A stretch of DNA of 64,000 nucleotides from Clostridiales bacterium (GCA_004555205.1 SFIY01000005.1:24726-88725), one strand, 5' to 3'. Shown: positions 1-9,807, numbered from the stretch's first letter. Program-made: numbers and translations. The notes: generated from the sequence alone by a model not told the origin.

Positions 1-442
1 CGTGGTATCCCATCTCCACCAGCACCGAGGGGAACCGCGGCTGACGCACCTCACCCAAGGCGGTGGTGGCGCGGGTGGTCACCCGATCGGGCAGCGGATA
101 GATCTTCTTGAGATTGTCGGCGATGATCTCCGCGCCGCGCCGTCCGTTGGTGCTGGTGGGATAGTAAAAGGCAACGATCCCCCGCGCTCTGCCCTCTACG
201 CTGCCGTCACCGGAGGCGTTGGAGTGCAGGGCAAGATAGAAGTCATACTGTCCGCGGTTGGCCTGCGCAATAGAGCTGGCAGCGGTCATGTCGGGCGAAT
301 TGCGGTCAAATTGAATACCGCTTGACAGCAGATACGGCTCCATGGCGTCGGCAATGAGATTCATGAAATATTCCTCAGAGCCGTTCCCCGTGATGTAGGG
401 ATTATACTCCTGTGTGGAGGGACTCAAATAAATTTTAGGCAT
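1..442 (-). CDS. N-acetylmuramoyl-L-alanine amidase (Amidase_3 type), N-terminal part only; C-terminus lies left of the window
   Basis: Not in the ORF track because it runs off the edge. Hand translation from ATG at 442 gives MPKIYLSPSTQEYNPY...FYLALHSNASGDG...FPSVLVEMGYH, the typical Amidase_3 motif context. SD AAAGGGG lies about 8 nt upstream. Confidence 0.8.
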   Translation of the reverse strand, partial: MPKIYLSPSTQEYNPYITGNGSEEYFMNLIADAMEPYLLSSGIQFDRNSPDMTAASSIAQANRGQYDFYLALHSNASGDGSVEGRARGIVAFYYPTSTNGRRGAEIIADNLKKIYPLPDRVTTRATTALGEVRQPRFPSVLVEMGYH

Positions 443-543
443 AGTCGTACCCCTTTCTTCCATCAATATATGGCGCGGCGCGGGAAAATGTGATAGAATA
501 GGGATAATATGTAAAGATTTTCTTCAGAAAGGCGGTGGGCGCC

Positions 544-1764
544 ATGCGTCCCTATGCGGCAATTACGGTCACCCCCAAGGGGGAATCTTCCCTCCTGAAA
601 GGCCACCCCTGGGTATATGAGGCAGAGGTCAGCGCCATTGACGGCGATGTCAAGGACGGCGACTTGGTGGATGTGCGCAGCCGTAAAGGCAGCTACCTTG
701 GCACCGGCTTTTATAACAGCCATTCCCTCATCCGCGTGCGCCTTGTCTCACGCAATGCCAACGACAGATTTGACGAGGCCTTTTGGGGCCGCCGGGTACA
801 GTATGCCTGGGACTATCGCAAAACCGTCATGGGGCAGCAGGACAGCCGTTGCTGCCGTATCATCTTCGGCGAGGCAGACCAGTTTCCCGGCCTGACAGTG
901 GACCGCTATGAAAATGTGCTGGTGGCGCAGGTGCTGTCGCTGGGGATTGAGCAGCGCAAGGATGTGATCTTTTCCCAGCTCCTGCGCGTTCTGCGTGAGG
1001 ACGGGCAGGAGATCGCGGGTATTTTCGAGCGCAACGATGTGTCGATCCGCGAAAAAGAGGGCATGGCACAGGGCAAGGGCTGGTATCTTTTGCCCGGCGA
1101 GTCCGCGCCCGACATGTCCGCCGTGGACATCACCGAGAACGGCATCGTCTATACGGTGGATTTCGTCAACGGACAGAAAACCGGCTTTTTCCTGGACCAG
1201 AAATACAACCGCCTGGCGGTCAGCAAGCTGGCCGAGGGCAAAACCGTACTGGACTGCTTCACCCATACCGGCTCCTTTGCCCTCAACGCCGCCAAGGGCG
1301 GCGCCAAGCATGTTACCGCCGTGGATGTGAGCGATTTTGCCGTGCAGTGCGCCCGGGAAAACGCGCGGCGCAACGGTCTGGACGGTGTGATGGAGTGCGT
1401 ATGCGCCAATGTATTTGAGCTGCTGCCGGAGCTGGAAAAGCAGCCGCGCCGCTATGATTTTATTATTCTCGATCCGCCGGCCTTTACCAAAAGCCGCAGA
1501 ACCGTTGCCAAGGCCATGACCGGCTATAAGGAGATCAACTACCGCGCCATGAAGCTGCTGCCCCGCGGCGGCTATCTGGCCACCTGCTCGTGCAGTCACT
1601 TCGCCTCGGAGGAGCTGTTTATCACCATGCTCCGCAGTGCCGCCGCTGACGCCGGCGTACAGCTCCGGCAAATCGAGGTGCGCCAGCAGTGCGCCGACCA
1701 CCCCATCCTCTGGGGCGTGGAGGAAACCAATTATCTCAAATTTTTCCTCTTTCAGGTGGTCTGA
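544..1764 (+). CDS. Class I SAM-dependent rRNA (cytosine-C5) methyltransferase, RlmI/YwbD-like (PUA + MTase)
   Basis: ORF 535..1764. N-terminal LLKGHPWVYEAEV PUA-like start, SAM-binding LDCFTHTGSFAL and DPPAF motifs. ATG at 544 preferred over GTG at 535. Confidence 0.8.
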   Translation: MRPYAAITVTPKGESSLLKGHPWVYEAEVSAIDGDVKDGDLVDVRSRKGSYLGTGFYNSHSLIRVRLVSRNANDRFDEAFWGRRVQYAWDYRKTVMGQQDSRCCRIIFGEADQFPGLTVDRYENVLVAQVLSLGIEQRKDVIFSQLLRVLREDGQEIAGIFERNDVSIREKEGMAQGKGWYLLPGESAPDMSAVDITENGIVYTVDFVNGQKTGFFLDQKYNRLAVSKLAEGKTVLDCFTHTGSFALNAAKGGAKHVTAVDVSDFAVQCARENARRNGLDGVMECVCANVFELLPELEKQPRRYDFIILDPPAFTKSRRTVAKAMTGYKEINYRAMKLLPRGGYLATCSCSHFASEELFITMLRSAAADAGVQLRQIEVRQQCADHPILWGVEETNYLKFFLFQVV

Positions 1765-1813
1765 GGCGATAATATATTGTATTTTCTACCTTGTATATTG
1801 TTCTTTTAATCTG

Positions 1814-1843
1814 AAAAAAGGTGCGCTTTACGCGCACCTTTTT
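1814..1843. terminator. Bidirectional rho-independent terminator between convergent rlmI-like gene and putP
   Basis: A-run, GGTGCGC stem (1820-1826), loop TTTAC, GCGCACC (1832-1838), T-run. Confidence 0.75.
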
Positions 1844-1853
1844 CTTGTATCTC

Positions 1854-3386
1854 TCACGCTTGGCCTACCTTTACCCGCTCAAATTCCGCATCGATGGAGG
1901 CGTCCGTCTGCTTGGTGCAAAGGGATACCGCCACAATGACCAGTGAGCTGAAAATAAACGCCGGCAGCAGCTCGTAGATCCCCCATATGCCGCCCAGCGG
2001 CTTTATGACGCCGCGCCAGAAGAACACCATCGCGCCGCCGGAGATCATGCCTGCAATGGCCGCGGGATAGGTAATGCGCTTCCAGAACAGGGAGAAGAGC
2101 ATCAGCGGACCGAACGCCGCACCGAAGCCCGCCCATGCAAAGGCGGTGATACCGAAAATGGTAGAGTTGGAGTTCCAGGCAATGACCATGGCAATGAGGG
2201 TAATCACCGTAAGGGTAATGCGGGTACACCACATCACCTGTTTCTCCGTGGCGTTCTTTTTCAGAATACCGCGATAGATATTCTGGCTGACGGCACTGGC
2301 GGAAATCAGCAGATAGGAGTCCGAGGACGAGATGGCGGCCGCCAGCACGCCGGCGCAGGCAAATCCCGCCAGCACAGGGGGCAAAAAGCGGGTGGCCGCG
2401 TCAATAAATACATTTTCCGCATCGCTGTTGGACAGATAATCCAGCCCGGTAACGCTGCGCGCCACAATGCCAATGAGCACGGCCGCCGCCATGGAGATGA
2501 CGACCCACACGATGGCCACGCGGCGGGACAGGCGCAGTTCCTTCTCCGAGCGGATGCCCATGAACCGCAGCAGTACCTGGGGCATGCCGAAGTAACCCAG
2601 ACCCCAGGCCAGGCACGAGGCGATAGACAGCACGCCGTAAGCCTTTCCTTCGCCGAATGTGTTGACCTCTGCCGTGGAGGGCGTGGCTGTGGCAAACAGG
2701 GAGAAAAATCCGTCGTATTCCTTGGCGTTTGCCATGGCAGCGGCGAAGCCGCCCGCCTCGCCTACGGACAAAATGAGAATGAGCACCAGTACGGAGACCA
2801 TCACCACCGCCTGCATGAAATCCGATGCGCTCTCGGCCAGAAAGCCGCCCAAGAAGGTGTAGAGCAGCACGAACACCGCCGCCACGATCATCATTCCCTC
2901 ATAGGACAGTCCGAACAAATTGGCGAACAGCTTGCCGCAGGTGCTCAGGCACTGCGCGGCGTAGACGGAGAAGAATACGATGATCGTCAGCGAGGAGACC
3001 ATCATCAGCACCTTCTTCTTTTCATGGAACCGGTGCGAGAAGAAGTCCGGCACCGTAAAGGCGTTCACCGCCACGCTGTAGCGCCGCAGCCGCTTGGACA
3101 CGATCAGAAAATTCAGATAGGTGCCCAGCGCCAGACCGATGCAGGTCCAGCCGGCGTCCGCAAGTCCCGTCCAGTACGCCAGACCCGGCAGGCCCATCAG
3201 CAAATAGCCGGACATATCCGACGCCTCGGCGCTGAACGCCGTTACCCACGGGCCCAAGCTCCGCCCGCCTAAAAAATAGGACTCCGCGTCCTTGTTGGCG
3301 CGGCGCGCAAAAATCACGCCGATCACCACCACCGCCGCCATGTATAGCGCCATGGCCAACAGGTGTTGTATGTTTTCCGTATTCAT
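1854..3386 (-). CDS. putP: Sodium:proline symporter (SSF family)
   Basis: Track ORF 1854..4406 is a read-through fusion. The real start is the internal MNTENIQHLL... ATG at 3386. SYFLGGRSLGPWVTAFSAEASDMSGYLLMGLPG is the PutP signature region. 510 aa with many TM segments. Confidence 0.85.
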   Translation of the reverse strand: MNTENIQHLLAMALYMAAVVVIGVIFARRANKDAESYFLGGRSLGPWVTAFSAEASDMSGYLLMGLPGLAYWTGLADAGWTCIGLALGTYLNFLIVSKRLRRYSVAVNAFTVPDFFSHRFHEKKKVLMMVSSLTIIVFFSVYAAQCLSTCGKLFANLFGLSYEGMMIVAAVFVLLYTFLGGFLAESASDFMQAVVMVSVLVLILILSVGEAGGFAAAMANAKEYDGFFSLFATATPSTAEVNTFGEGKAYGVLSIASCLAWGLGYFGMPQVLLRFMGIRSEKELRLSRRVAIVWVVISMAAAVLIGIVARSVTGLDYLSNSDAENVFIDAATRFLPPVLAGFACAGVLAAAISSSDSYLLISASAVSQNIYRGILKKNATEKQVMWCTRITLTVITLIAMVIAWNSNSTIFGITAFAWAGFGAAFGPLMLFSLFWKRITYPAAIAGMISGGAMVFFWRGVIKPLGGIWGIYELLPAFIFSSLVIVAVSLCTKQTDASIDAEFERVKVGQA

Positions 3387-3401
3387 CAATTTTCTCCTCT
3401 C

Positions 3402-3430
3402 TTGACAATTGACACATGAAGATTTATAAT
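3402..3430 (+). promoter_or_regulatory. Consensus sigma-A promoter for the LysR-family gene
   Basis: TTGACA (3402-3407), 17-nt spacer, TATAAT (3425-3430), about 75 nt upstream of the ATG at 3507. Confidence 0.7.
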
Positions 3431-3471
3431 GTATCATATCAATAATTTGAATGTATGGGCGTATCATATCA
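3431..3471. promoter_or_regulatory. Two exact copies of GTATCATATCA spaced 30 bp apart; candidate LysR operator
   Basis: GTATCATATCA at 3431-3441 and 3461-3471, in the putP/lysR divergent intergenic region just downstream of the -10. Confidence 0.4.
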
Positions 3472-3506
3472 CCGTGCAGAGGAAAAAGCAAGGGGCGGTC
3501 AGTTAA

Positions 3507-4397
3507 ATGGATGTTAAGAAATACGAGGTCTTTGTAAAGATTGTGGAGAAATCCTCCCTGACCAAGGCGGCGGAGGCGATGGGGCTGACCCAGTCCGGCG
3601 TGAGTCATATCGTTGCCGCCATGGAATCGGAGCTTGGCGTTGCCCTGCTGCGCCGCAGCCGGACCGGCGCGGTGCTTACACCGGAGGGCGAACGGCTCAT
3701 GCCGCATATCCGCGCCATTGTGACGCAGGAAACGCAGCTTCGCCATGCAGCGGAGGCGCTGCGTTCCCAGGTGGCGGGAAAGCTGCGGGTGGGCACCTTC
3801 ACCAGCGTGGCGACCCACTGGCTTCCCGCCATGATGATGGAATTTCAGCGCCTGCATCCGTCGGTGGAATTCACGCTGTTCAACGGCGATTACCATGATG
3901 TGGTACGCTGGCTGGAGGACGGCAGCGTGGACCTGGCGTTTACCGCCGTACCGGCGCCGGCGGACTGCCGCTGCATCCCGCTGTACCGCGATCCGCTTCT
4001 GGCGGTACTGCCCCGGGGGCACCGCCTGTGCCGTGTCCCGGTCTGTCCGGCGGAGGAGCTTGCGAAGGAGCCGATGATCGGCCTGCCGGATAACTCCGAC
4101 CACGATATACGGCGCGCCCTCGCCGCCGTCGGCAGCAAGCCGGACATCTGTCTGCGCACGAAGGACGACTATGCCGTTATCGCCATGGTGCGGCAGGGGC
4201 TGGGCGTGAGTATCATGCCGTCGCTGCTCCTGCACGGCAACAATGACGGCGTGGAGCTGCGGCCGCTGGACCCGCCGGCAAGCCGCACCATTGAGCTGGC
4301 CCTGCCGGCCGGCGATATCCGTCCCGGTGCGGCGGCCTTTGCCGAGTTTGCGGCCGCCTGGGTGCGCGACAACGAAAAGAAGGCGTTCTCTCCCTGA
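3507..4397 (+). CDS. LysR-family transcriptional regulator
   Basis: N-terminal wHTH (FVKIVEKSSLTKAAEAMGLTQSGVSHIV) plus a LysR substrate-binding domain. Divergent from putP. Confidence 0.85.
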   Translation: MDVKKYEVFVKIVEKSSLTKAAEAMGLTQSGVSHIVAAMESELGVALLRRSRTGAVLTPEGERLMPHIRAIVTQETQLRHAAEALRSQVAGKLRVGTFTSVATHWLPAMMMEFQRLHPSVEFTLFNGDYHDVVRWLEDGSVDLAFTAVPAPADCRCIPLYRDPLLAVLPRGHRLCRVPVCPAEELAKEPMIGLPDNSDHDIRRALAAVGSKPDICLRTKDDYAVIAMVRQGLGVSIMPSLLLHGNNDGVELRPLDPPASRTIELALPAGDIRPGAAAFAEFAAAWVRDNEKKAFSP

Positions 4398-4409
4398 TCG
4401 CAGCAAAAA

Positions 4410-4442
4410 AATAAGAGGTACGCACGGTGCGTACCTCTTATT
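4410..4442. terminator. Bidirectional terminator
   Basis: 15-bp perfect stem AATAAGAGGTACGCA / TGCGTACCTCTTATT with a 3-nt loop, flanked by an A-run and a T-run. Confidence 0.8.
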
Positions 4443-4453
4443 TTCATTTTCGC

Positions 4454-6193
4454 TCAGGTTTTCGGCACAAGTGAGACGGCATAGGTGTCAAGGATCGTCT
4501 CCTCACCTGCCATATACTGTACCCTGACGGTATCGCCAACGCTCAGCAGCGCCGCGCTGCGCTGATCGGCAGAGGAAACGGCATAGTACACATCCCCCTG
4601 TTCCAGACGCAGATAGTACCAGGTGTTGCCCTCGATAACGGCACTGCGAATTTCAGCGATCACGCCGGTGACCTCCTGCTGATCGGAGGGCTGTACCTCC
4701 GTGTCCTCCTGGGAGATCAGGTTGTTCCGCGCCAGCATCACGCGGTAGTTGCTCTCACACTCGGCAACCGTATTGCCGGTGGCCACGATCTGGTACTGGC
4801 TGACATTGACCATCGCATACATCTTCACCAGACCTGCGGCATCCTTCAGCGCCATGAAATAGGTGGGCTGGTCGGAAATGTTCAGCAGCAGCGGGAAGGT
4901 GGCCTCATACTTCATCTGCTGCACCTGACCCTGGGCACTGTCCATGGCGGAATATTCCTCCGCACCGGCCACAGAGTAAAAATGGGTTTCCTTGGTGCGC
5001 TGGTTGGACAGAATGAAGCCGATGTTGGATTCATCACTGACCACCGAGGTGATGCCGGTATACATATACACATCGTCACCGATGGCAATATAGTTGTAGC
5101 CGTCCGTGGTCACCGTCACATCGCGCTGACCGAACAGGGAATTGATGAAGCCGTTCACATAAGTGCCGTGGTAGTCATATTGCTGGATAATCAGGTTGGC
5201 GGTATACACATGGTCCACCCACTGGGGCACATCGTCCACCTCGTAGTAGGTGCACTCGCCGCTGACGGCATCCACCAGCACGGCGCCGATAATGTCCGTA
5301 CCGCCGAACAGACCGATGGTGCGGCTGATACGCGGGCACACCCAGTAGGGATTGCCCTGCTCATCGATCTCAAAAGCAGGCTCATCAAAAAGGTAGGTGG
5401 GATAGTGGAAACGCAGATAGCGGTAGAGATTGCGTCCGAAATGCTCCGCCGTGGTGTAGCGAATACCGTCCTCCAAACGGTGGACTTCCACATTCTGGGT
5501 CACCATGTCGATGACCAGATAGGCGGGCAGGCCGTCGGCACGGTTATTAAGCCACTTGATGATGTCGCCGTAGCGCAGGGGCGTCACACGGACGGGACGG
5601 CCCTTAAAATTGATCTGGGTGTAGTCGTCGGCCACTTCAAACTGAGATACCATGTCTGCCAGCTCGCCCAGCTTGCGGTTGCCCAGCTTCTTGGCGCTGG
5701 CGCTGTCCAGCATGGGGATCTGGTCAAAGCTGATCTCCTCCACTTCGGCGGCAAAGTCGCCCTCTTCCACCGCCAGCAGGTCACGGTAATCCGCAGCGCG
5801 GAATACCTCCCACGAAATAATGGAGCCCACCAAGGCCACAGCCAGCAGGCCTACCGTCAGGAAAAAAGGCACCTTGCACTGCTTTTTCACAAATTTGAAA
5901 TAGCCCTTGGCACCTGTCCCCTGAAAGCCGGAGGTAATCACGGCGCACACACAGTACACCACGGCCAGCAGCACAAAAAAGGTGTAAAACTCCGCCGTTT
6001 TGAGGTTGATGGCCGGCAGTACCACATAATAGTAGACGGCGGCAAACAGCAGCGTCACCGCCAGATTGATGGCCGTGCGTGCCGCAGGCGTGCCGATGGG
6101 CTTGCGTTCCTTCTTGGGGCGGTTCGTTTTGCGTGCAAAGGGATTTTGCCCCGCAAAGCCCTCAAAATTGGGGTCATTCCAATTAACGTTCAT
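4454..6193 (-). CDS. Conserved membrane-anchored protein of unknown function (3-4 N-terminal TM segments, about 440-aa extracytoplasmic domain)
   Basis: 579-aa ORF with SD AAGGAG 7 nt upstream of the ATG at 6193. Basic cytoplasmic N-terminus followed by hydrophobic helices. I recognise no catalytic motif. Confidence 0.6.
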   Translation of the reverse strand: MNVNWNDPNFEGFAGQNPFARKTNRPKKERKPIGTPAARTAINLAVTLLFAAVYYYVVLPAINLKTAEFYTFFVLLAVVYCVCAVITSGFQGTGAKGYFKFVKKQCKVPFFLTVGLLAVALVGSIISWEVFRAADYRDLLAVEEGDFAAEVEEISFDQIPMLDSASAKKLGNRKLGELADMVSQFEVADDYTQINFKGRPVRVTPLRYGDIIKWLNNRADGLPAYLVIDMVTQNVEVHRLEDGIRYTTAEHFGRNLYRYLRFHYPTYLFDEPAFEIDEQGNPYWVCPRISRTIGLFGGTDIIGAVLVDAVSGECTYYEVDDVPQWVDHVYTANLIIQQYDYHGTYVNGFINSLFGQRDVTVTTDGYNYIAIGDDVYMYTGITSVVSDESNIGFILSNQRTKETHFYSVAGAEEYSAMDSAQGQVQQMKYEATFPLLLNISDQPTYFMALKDAAGLVKMYAMVNVSQYQIVATGNTVAECESNYRVMLARNNLISQEDTEVQPSDQQEVTGVIAEIRSAVIEGNTWYYLRLEQGDVYYAVSSADQRSAALLSVGDTVRVQYMAGEETILDTYAVSLVPKT

Positions 6194-6273
6194 AGATGAC
6201 TCCTTTCCGATTCAAAATAATAGCTGTTGCTATCGTATCATAGTTTGCGCCATGGCTCAACCTTTTTTTCAAA

Positions 6274-6303
6274 ATACAGCCGCCGTAGGTAGCGGCGGCT
6301 GTA
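6274..6303 (-). terminator. Terminator downstream of clpC
   Basis: ATACAGCCGCC ... GGCGGCTGTAT hairpin directly after the clpC stop (6309), followed by a U-rich tract on the minus strand. Confidence 0.65.
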
Positions 6304-6308
6304 TTTTT

Positions 6309-8765
6309 TTACTTTTCAATGACCACCTTGCCGTCCTTCAAGCGCACATGGGCGGTATCGCCGCTGAGCAGCTTGCCCTCCAGCATCAGCTCGGCCACGG
6401 CGTCCTCCACCGTGTTCTGGATGGCACGGCGCAGGGGTCTGGCACCGTACTGGGCATCGAATCCGGTCTTGGCCAGTGCCGCCACGGCGTCATCGTCGGC
6501 CTGCAGCGTAATGCCCTGCTGGGCCATACGCCCGCCGGTCACTTCCAGCATACGCCGTGCGATCTTGCGGATGTCCTCCTCATCCAACTGACGGAACACG
6601 ATGGTCTCGTCAATACGGTTAAGGAACTCCGGACGGAAGGTGCGCTTGAGCTCCGCCATGACCGCTTCGCGGATGCGGGCAAAGCGCTTGGCCTCGTCAT
6701 TCTCCTGCTCGCCGCCATCAAAGCCCAGTCGTGCCGTGTCGGCGGCGGTAATGTTCTTGGCGCCCACATTGGAGGTCATCACGATGACCGTGTTCTTGAA
6801 ATCCACCCGCCGGCCCTGGGAATCGGTCACAATGCCGTCCTCCAGAATCTGCAGCAGGATGTTCCACACATCCTCATGGGCCTTTTCTATCTCGTCGAAC
6901 AGCACCACGCTGTAGGGCTTGCGGCGCACCTTCTCGGTGAGCTGGCCGCCCTCTTCGTGGCCCACATAGCCCGGAGGAGAGCCGATCAGGCGGGATACGG
7001 TGTGCTTTTCCATGTACTCCGACATATCAATGCGGATCATGGCATTCTCGTCACCGAACATGGCCTCTGCCAGCGTTTTGCACAGCTCCGTCTTGCCCAC
7101 ACCGGTGGGGCCCAGGAACAGGAACGAGCCGATGGGCCGCTTGGGGTCTTTCAGACCCACACGGCCGCGGCGAATGGCCTTTGCCACGGCAGTAACGGCT
7201 TCATCCTGGCCTACCACGCGCTCATGCAGCGTGTCTTCCAGGCGCAGCAGGCGCTGTCCCTCATCTTCCGTCAGCCGCGTCACGGGGATACCCGTCCAGC
7301 CTGCCACCACGGCGGCAATATCGTCGGCAGTCACACTGCCGCGATTCTGCTGCATCTGGCGGTGCCACTTGTCCCGCTCGATCTCCACCTGCTCGGTGTA
7401 GTTCTTCTCAATATCGCGCAGCTGCGCGGCCTTTTCAAAGTCCTGTGCGGCAATGGCCTCCGCCTTTTCACGGTGCAGCGCGGCGATCTTCTCCTCAAGG
7501 GACTTCAAATCGGGCGAGGCGGATTCCGCCTTCATGCGCACCTGGCTTGCCGCCTCGTCCATCAGGTCAATGGCCTTATCAGGCAGGAACCGGTCGTTGA
7601 TATAGCGGCTTGAGAGCATGACCGCCGCTTCGATGGCCTCATCGGTAATGGTCAGCTTGTGATGGGCCTCGTACTTATCGCGCAGGCCCTTCAAAATCTC
7701 CACGGATGTCTCTGCGGTAGGCTCGCCCACCGTCACCGGCTGGAAACGGCGCTCCAGTGCGGCATCCTTTTCGATGTATTTGCGGTATTCGTCCAGCGTG
7801 GTGGCGCCGATCACGCGGATTTCGCCACGGCCCAGGGCAGGCTTGATGATATTGGCGGCATCCACCGCGCCCTCTGCGCTGCCTGCACCCACGATGGTGT
7901 GCAGCTCGTCGATGAACAAGATCACATTGCCGGCCTGCTTGACCTCCGCCAGCGTGTTTTTGATGCGCTCTTCAAATTCACCGCGGTACTTGGTGCCTGC
8001 CACCATGCCCGAAAGGTCAAGGGACAGGATCTTCTTATCCAGCAGCTCCTCCGGCACATCGGCTGACACAATACGCTGCGCCAGACCCTCGGCGATGGCG
8101 GTCTTGCCCACGCCAGGCTCACCGATCAGTACGGGATTGTTCTTCGTGCGGCGGGAGAGGATCTGAATCACACGCTGTACCTCCTGCTCGCGGCCGATCA
8201 CCGGGTCCAGCTTGCCCTCACGGGCCGCCTCGTTCAGGTCGCGGGTAAATTCGGACAGCGTCTTGCCCTTCTTGCCCTCCTCCTTATTGGGTGTGGCCGC
8301 ACCGCTGGTGACGGTGCGCGGCGATTCGTTGAGCTTCTTCACCACGCTTGCATACATCTTGCGCGGGTCCACGCCTACGGTACGCAGAACGCGCAGCGCC
8401 ATGTTGTTGCCCTCCCGCAAAATACCCATCAGGAGATGCTCCGTGCCGATGTATGTGCAGTTTGTGCGGATGGATTCCGAAACGGCCAGCTCCACAATGC
8501 TCTTGGCCCGGGGCGTCAGACCCTGGGAAGGCGCTGCACCGGCAAGTCCGGTGCCTACCGTGCGCTGCAAAATGGAGCAGATCATCTCGTCCGTCAGGCC
8601 GTATTCCGTCATCACGCGGTGGGCAATGCCCTCTTCCTCACGCATCAACCCCAGCAGCAAATGCTCGCTGCCCACATAGCCGTGACCCATTTCCTCGGCG
8701 GCTTCCTGCGCCAGACGCAGGGCTTCCTCCGCCCGGGGGGTAAACTTATTTTCACGCATATTCAT
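6309..8765 (-). CDS. clpC: ATP-dependent Clp protease ATP-binding subunit ClpC (class III stress AAA+)
   Basis: Clp_N repeats, two Walker A motifs ([16 protein letters not shown]) and a UVR-like middle domain. Start set at the [11 protein letters not shown] (8765), which has AAGGAG upstream. Confidence 0.95.
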   Translation of the reverse strand: MNMRENKFTPRAEEALRLAQEAAEEMGHGYVGSEHLLLGLMREEEGIAHRVMTEYGLTDEMICSILQRTVGTGLAGAAPSQGLTPRAKSIVELAVSESIRTNCTYIGTEHLLMGILREGNNMALRVLRTVGVDPRKMYASVVKKLNESPRTVTSGAATPNKEEGKKGKTLSEFTRDLNEAAREGKLDPVIGREQEVQRVIQILSRRTKNNPVLIGEPGVGKTAIAEGLAQRIVSADVPEELLDKKILSLDLSGMVAGTKYRGEFEERIKNTLAEVKQAGNVILFIDELHTIVGAGSAEGAVDAANIIKPALGRGEIRVIGATTLDEYRKYIEKDAALERRFQPVTVGEPTAETSVEILKGLRDKYEAHHKLTITDEAIEAAVMLSSRYINDRFLPDKAIDLMDEAASQVRMKAESASPDLKSLEEKIAALHREKAEAIAAQDFEKAAQLRDIEKNYTEQVEIERDKWHRQMQQNRGSVTADDIAAVVAGWTGIPVTRLTEDEGQRLLRLEDTLHERVVGQDEAVTAVAKAIRRGRVGLKDPKRPIGSFLFLGPTGVGKTELCKTLAEAMFGDENAMIRIDMSEYMEKHTVSRLIGSPPGYVGHEEGGQLTEKVRRKPYSVVLFDEIEKAHEDVWNILLQILEDGIVTDSQGRRVDFKNTVIVMTSNVGAKNITAADTARLGFDGGEQENDEAKRFARIREAVMAELKRTFRPEFLNRIDETIVFRQLDEEDIRKIARRMLEVTGGRMAQQGITLQADDDAVAALAKTGFDAQYGARPLRRAIQNTVEDAVAELMLEGKLLSGDTAHVRLKDGKVVIEK

Positions 8766-8775
8766 CGCTCCTTTC

Positions 8776-9201
8776 TTACTGCTGCAAGGCACGGATCGCA
8801 TCGCGCAGGCGTGCCGCTTCCTCAAAGTTTTCCTCTTCGATGGCGTTCTTCAGCTGCGCCTGCAAAGCGTTGCGCTCGCGCTGGCTCTTCCATTTTTCCT
8901 GTTCCTCATTTTCCACCAAATCCTTCTCCCGCACCGCCACAGGGGCCTTCTCGTCCTCGCTCAGCGGCTCGGGGAACTCCGTCAGCAGCCTTGCGTTCAT
9001 CGGCTCAAACAGCGGTTCAAACAGACGGAAGGGACGGGTGAAAAAGTCGTCATCGAACAGGCTGCGGGGACGCAGCCGCTCGGTATAGCCCAGCTTGCCG
9101 GCACAGTCCGCGCACAAATGCTGCTCGGTGATTTTTCCGTTGATATTGCTCTTAAAATAGAAAGTTGCTTCGTTCTTTCCACAGCGTTCACATTTCATCA
9201 T
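8776..9201 (-). CDS. mcsA: McsA-like UvrB/UvrC-motif protein (CxxC zinc finger + C-terminal UVR)
   Basis: MMKCERCGKNEATFYF...HLCADCAGK zinc-finger pair and C-terminal EEENFEEAARLRDAIRALQ UVR motif. Sits between ctsR and clpC. Confidence 0.7.
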   Translation of the reverse strand: MMKCERCGKNEATFYFKSNINGKITEQHLCADCAGKLGYTERLRPRSLFDDDFFTRPFRLFEPLFEPMNARLLTEFPEPLSEDEKAPVAVREKDLVENEEQEKWKSQRERNALQAQLKNAIEEENFEEAARLRDAIRALQQ

Positions 9202-9222
9202 GATTTCCTCCTTATCAAAAAT

Positions 9223-9672
9223 TCAAACCTGTTGTATCAAAACTTGCTTCAAAAGGTCGGCCCGTACCGTATTGCGCGCTTCCTGCGGCACGGCACGCAG
9301 CGTTTTGTCGTCCATGGACACCAACAAGGCCCGCCCTACGGCAAGGTCAAGCGCCTCGGACTCCACCAGGTTGGTAATCATGGCCCTTGCACTGGCCATG
9401 TCCAGCGTTTCGCCCACGGAGTTGATCACATGCATCAGCAGTGTCTGCCGATCCACACGCACCCGTGTGATACGGATGTAGCCGTTTCCGCCCCGCCGGC
9501 TCTCCACGATATAGCCCCTCTCGGGGGAAAATCGGGTGGACATGACATAGTTGATCTGGCTGGGCACACAGTTAAAGCGCTGTGCCAGGTCGCTGCGCTG
9601 CAATTCCAGTACGCCGCCCATCTCCTCCAGCTCCTGCTGAATGAACCCGGCGATCACATCAGATATACCCAT
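9223..9672 (-). CDS. ctsR: Class III stress-gene repressor CtsR
   Basis: ISDVIAGFIQQEL...RSDLAQRFNCVPSQINYVMSTRFSPERGYIVESRRGGNGYIRI is the conserved CtsR core. Confidence 0.9.
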   Translation of the reverse strand: MGISDVIAGFIQQELEEMGGVLELQRSDLAQRFNCVPSQINYVMSTRFSPERGYIVESRRGGNGYIRITRVRVDRQTLLMHVINSVGETLDMASARAMITNLVESEALDLAVGRALLVSMDDKTLRAVPQEARNTVRADLLKQVLIQQV

Positions 9673-9691
9673 CTTTTCATTCCTCCCGTCT

Positions 9692-9777
9692 TTTGACTTT
9701 GTCTTTCTTTGACCTTTGATGGTAGTATAGCACGGTGACAGGGAAAGTCAAGGGGTATTTTTTGACTTTCTTTGACT
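9692..9777 (-). promoter_or_regulatory. ctsR operon promoter flanked by two CtsR operators
   Basis: Minus-strand reading: AGTCAAAGAAAGTCAAA (9761-9777), then -35 TTGACT (9746-9751), 16-nt spacer, -10 TATACT (9724-9729), then GGTCAAAGAAAGACAAAGTCAAA (9692-9714). Both match the CtsR heptad direct-repeat consensus (A/G)GTCAAA-NAN-(A/G)GTCAAA. Confidence 0.8.
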
Positions 9778-9807
9778 ATTTTGCAAACAAATTGTGAATA
9801 AAGGAAA

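Noticed and set aside
1854-4406. Over-extended track ORFs suggesting fusion proteins. Examples: the 850-aa putP ORF, the 600-aa nudC ORF, the 733-aa uvrC ORF, and the 395-aa phoH, 532-aa thrC, 402-aa binding-protein, 382-aa permease and 296-aa recO ORFs.
   Set aside because: The N-terminal extensions run through intergenic regions or divergent genes and have junk composition. In every case an internal start with a good SD reproduces the normal family N-terminus.
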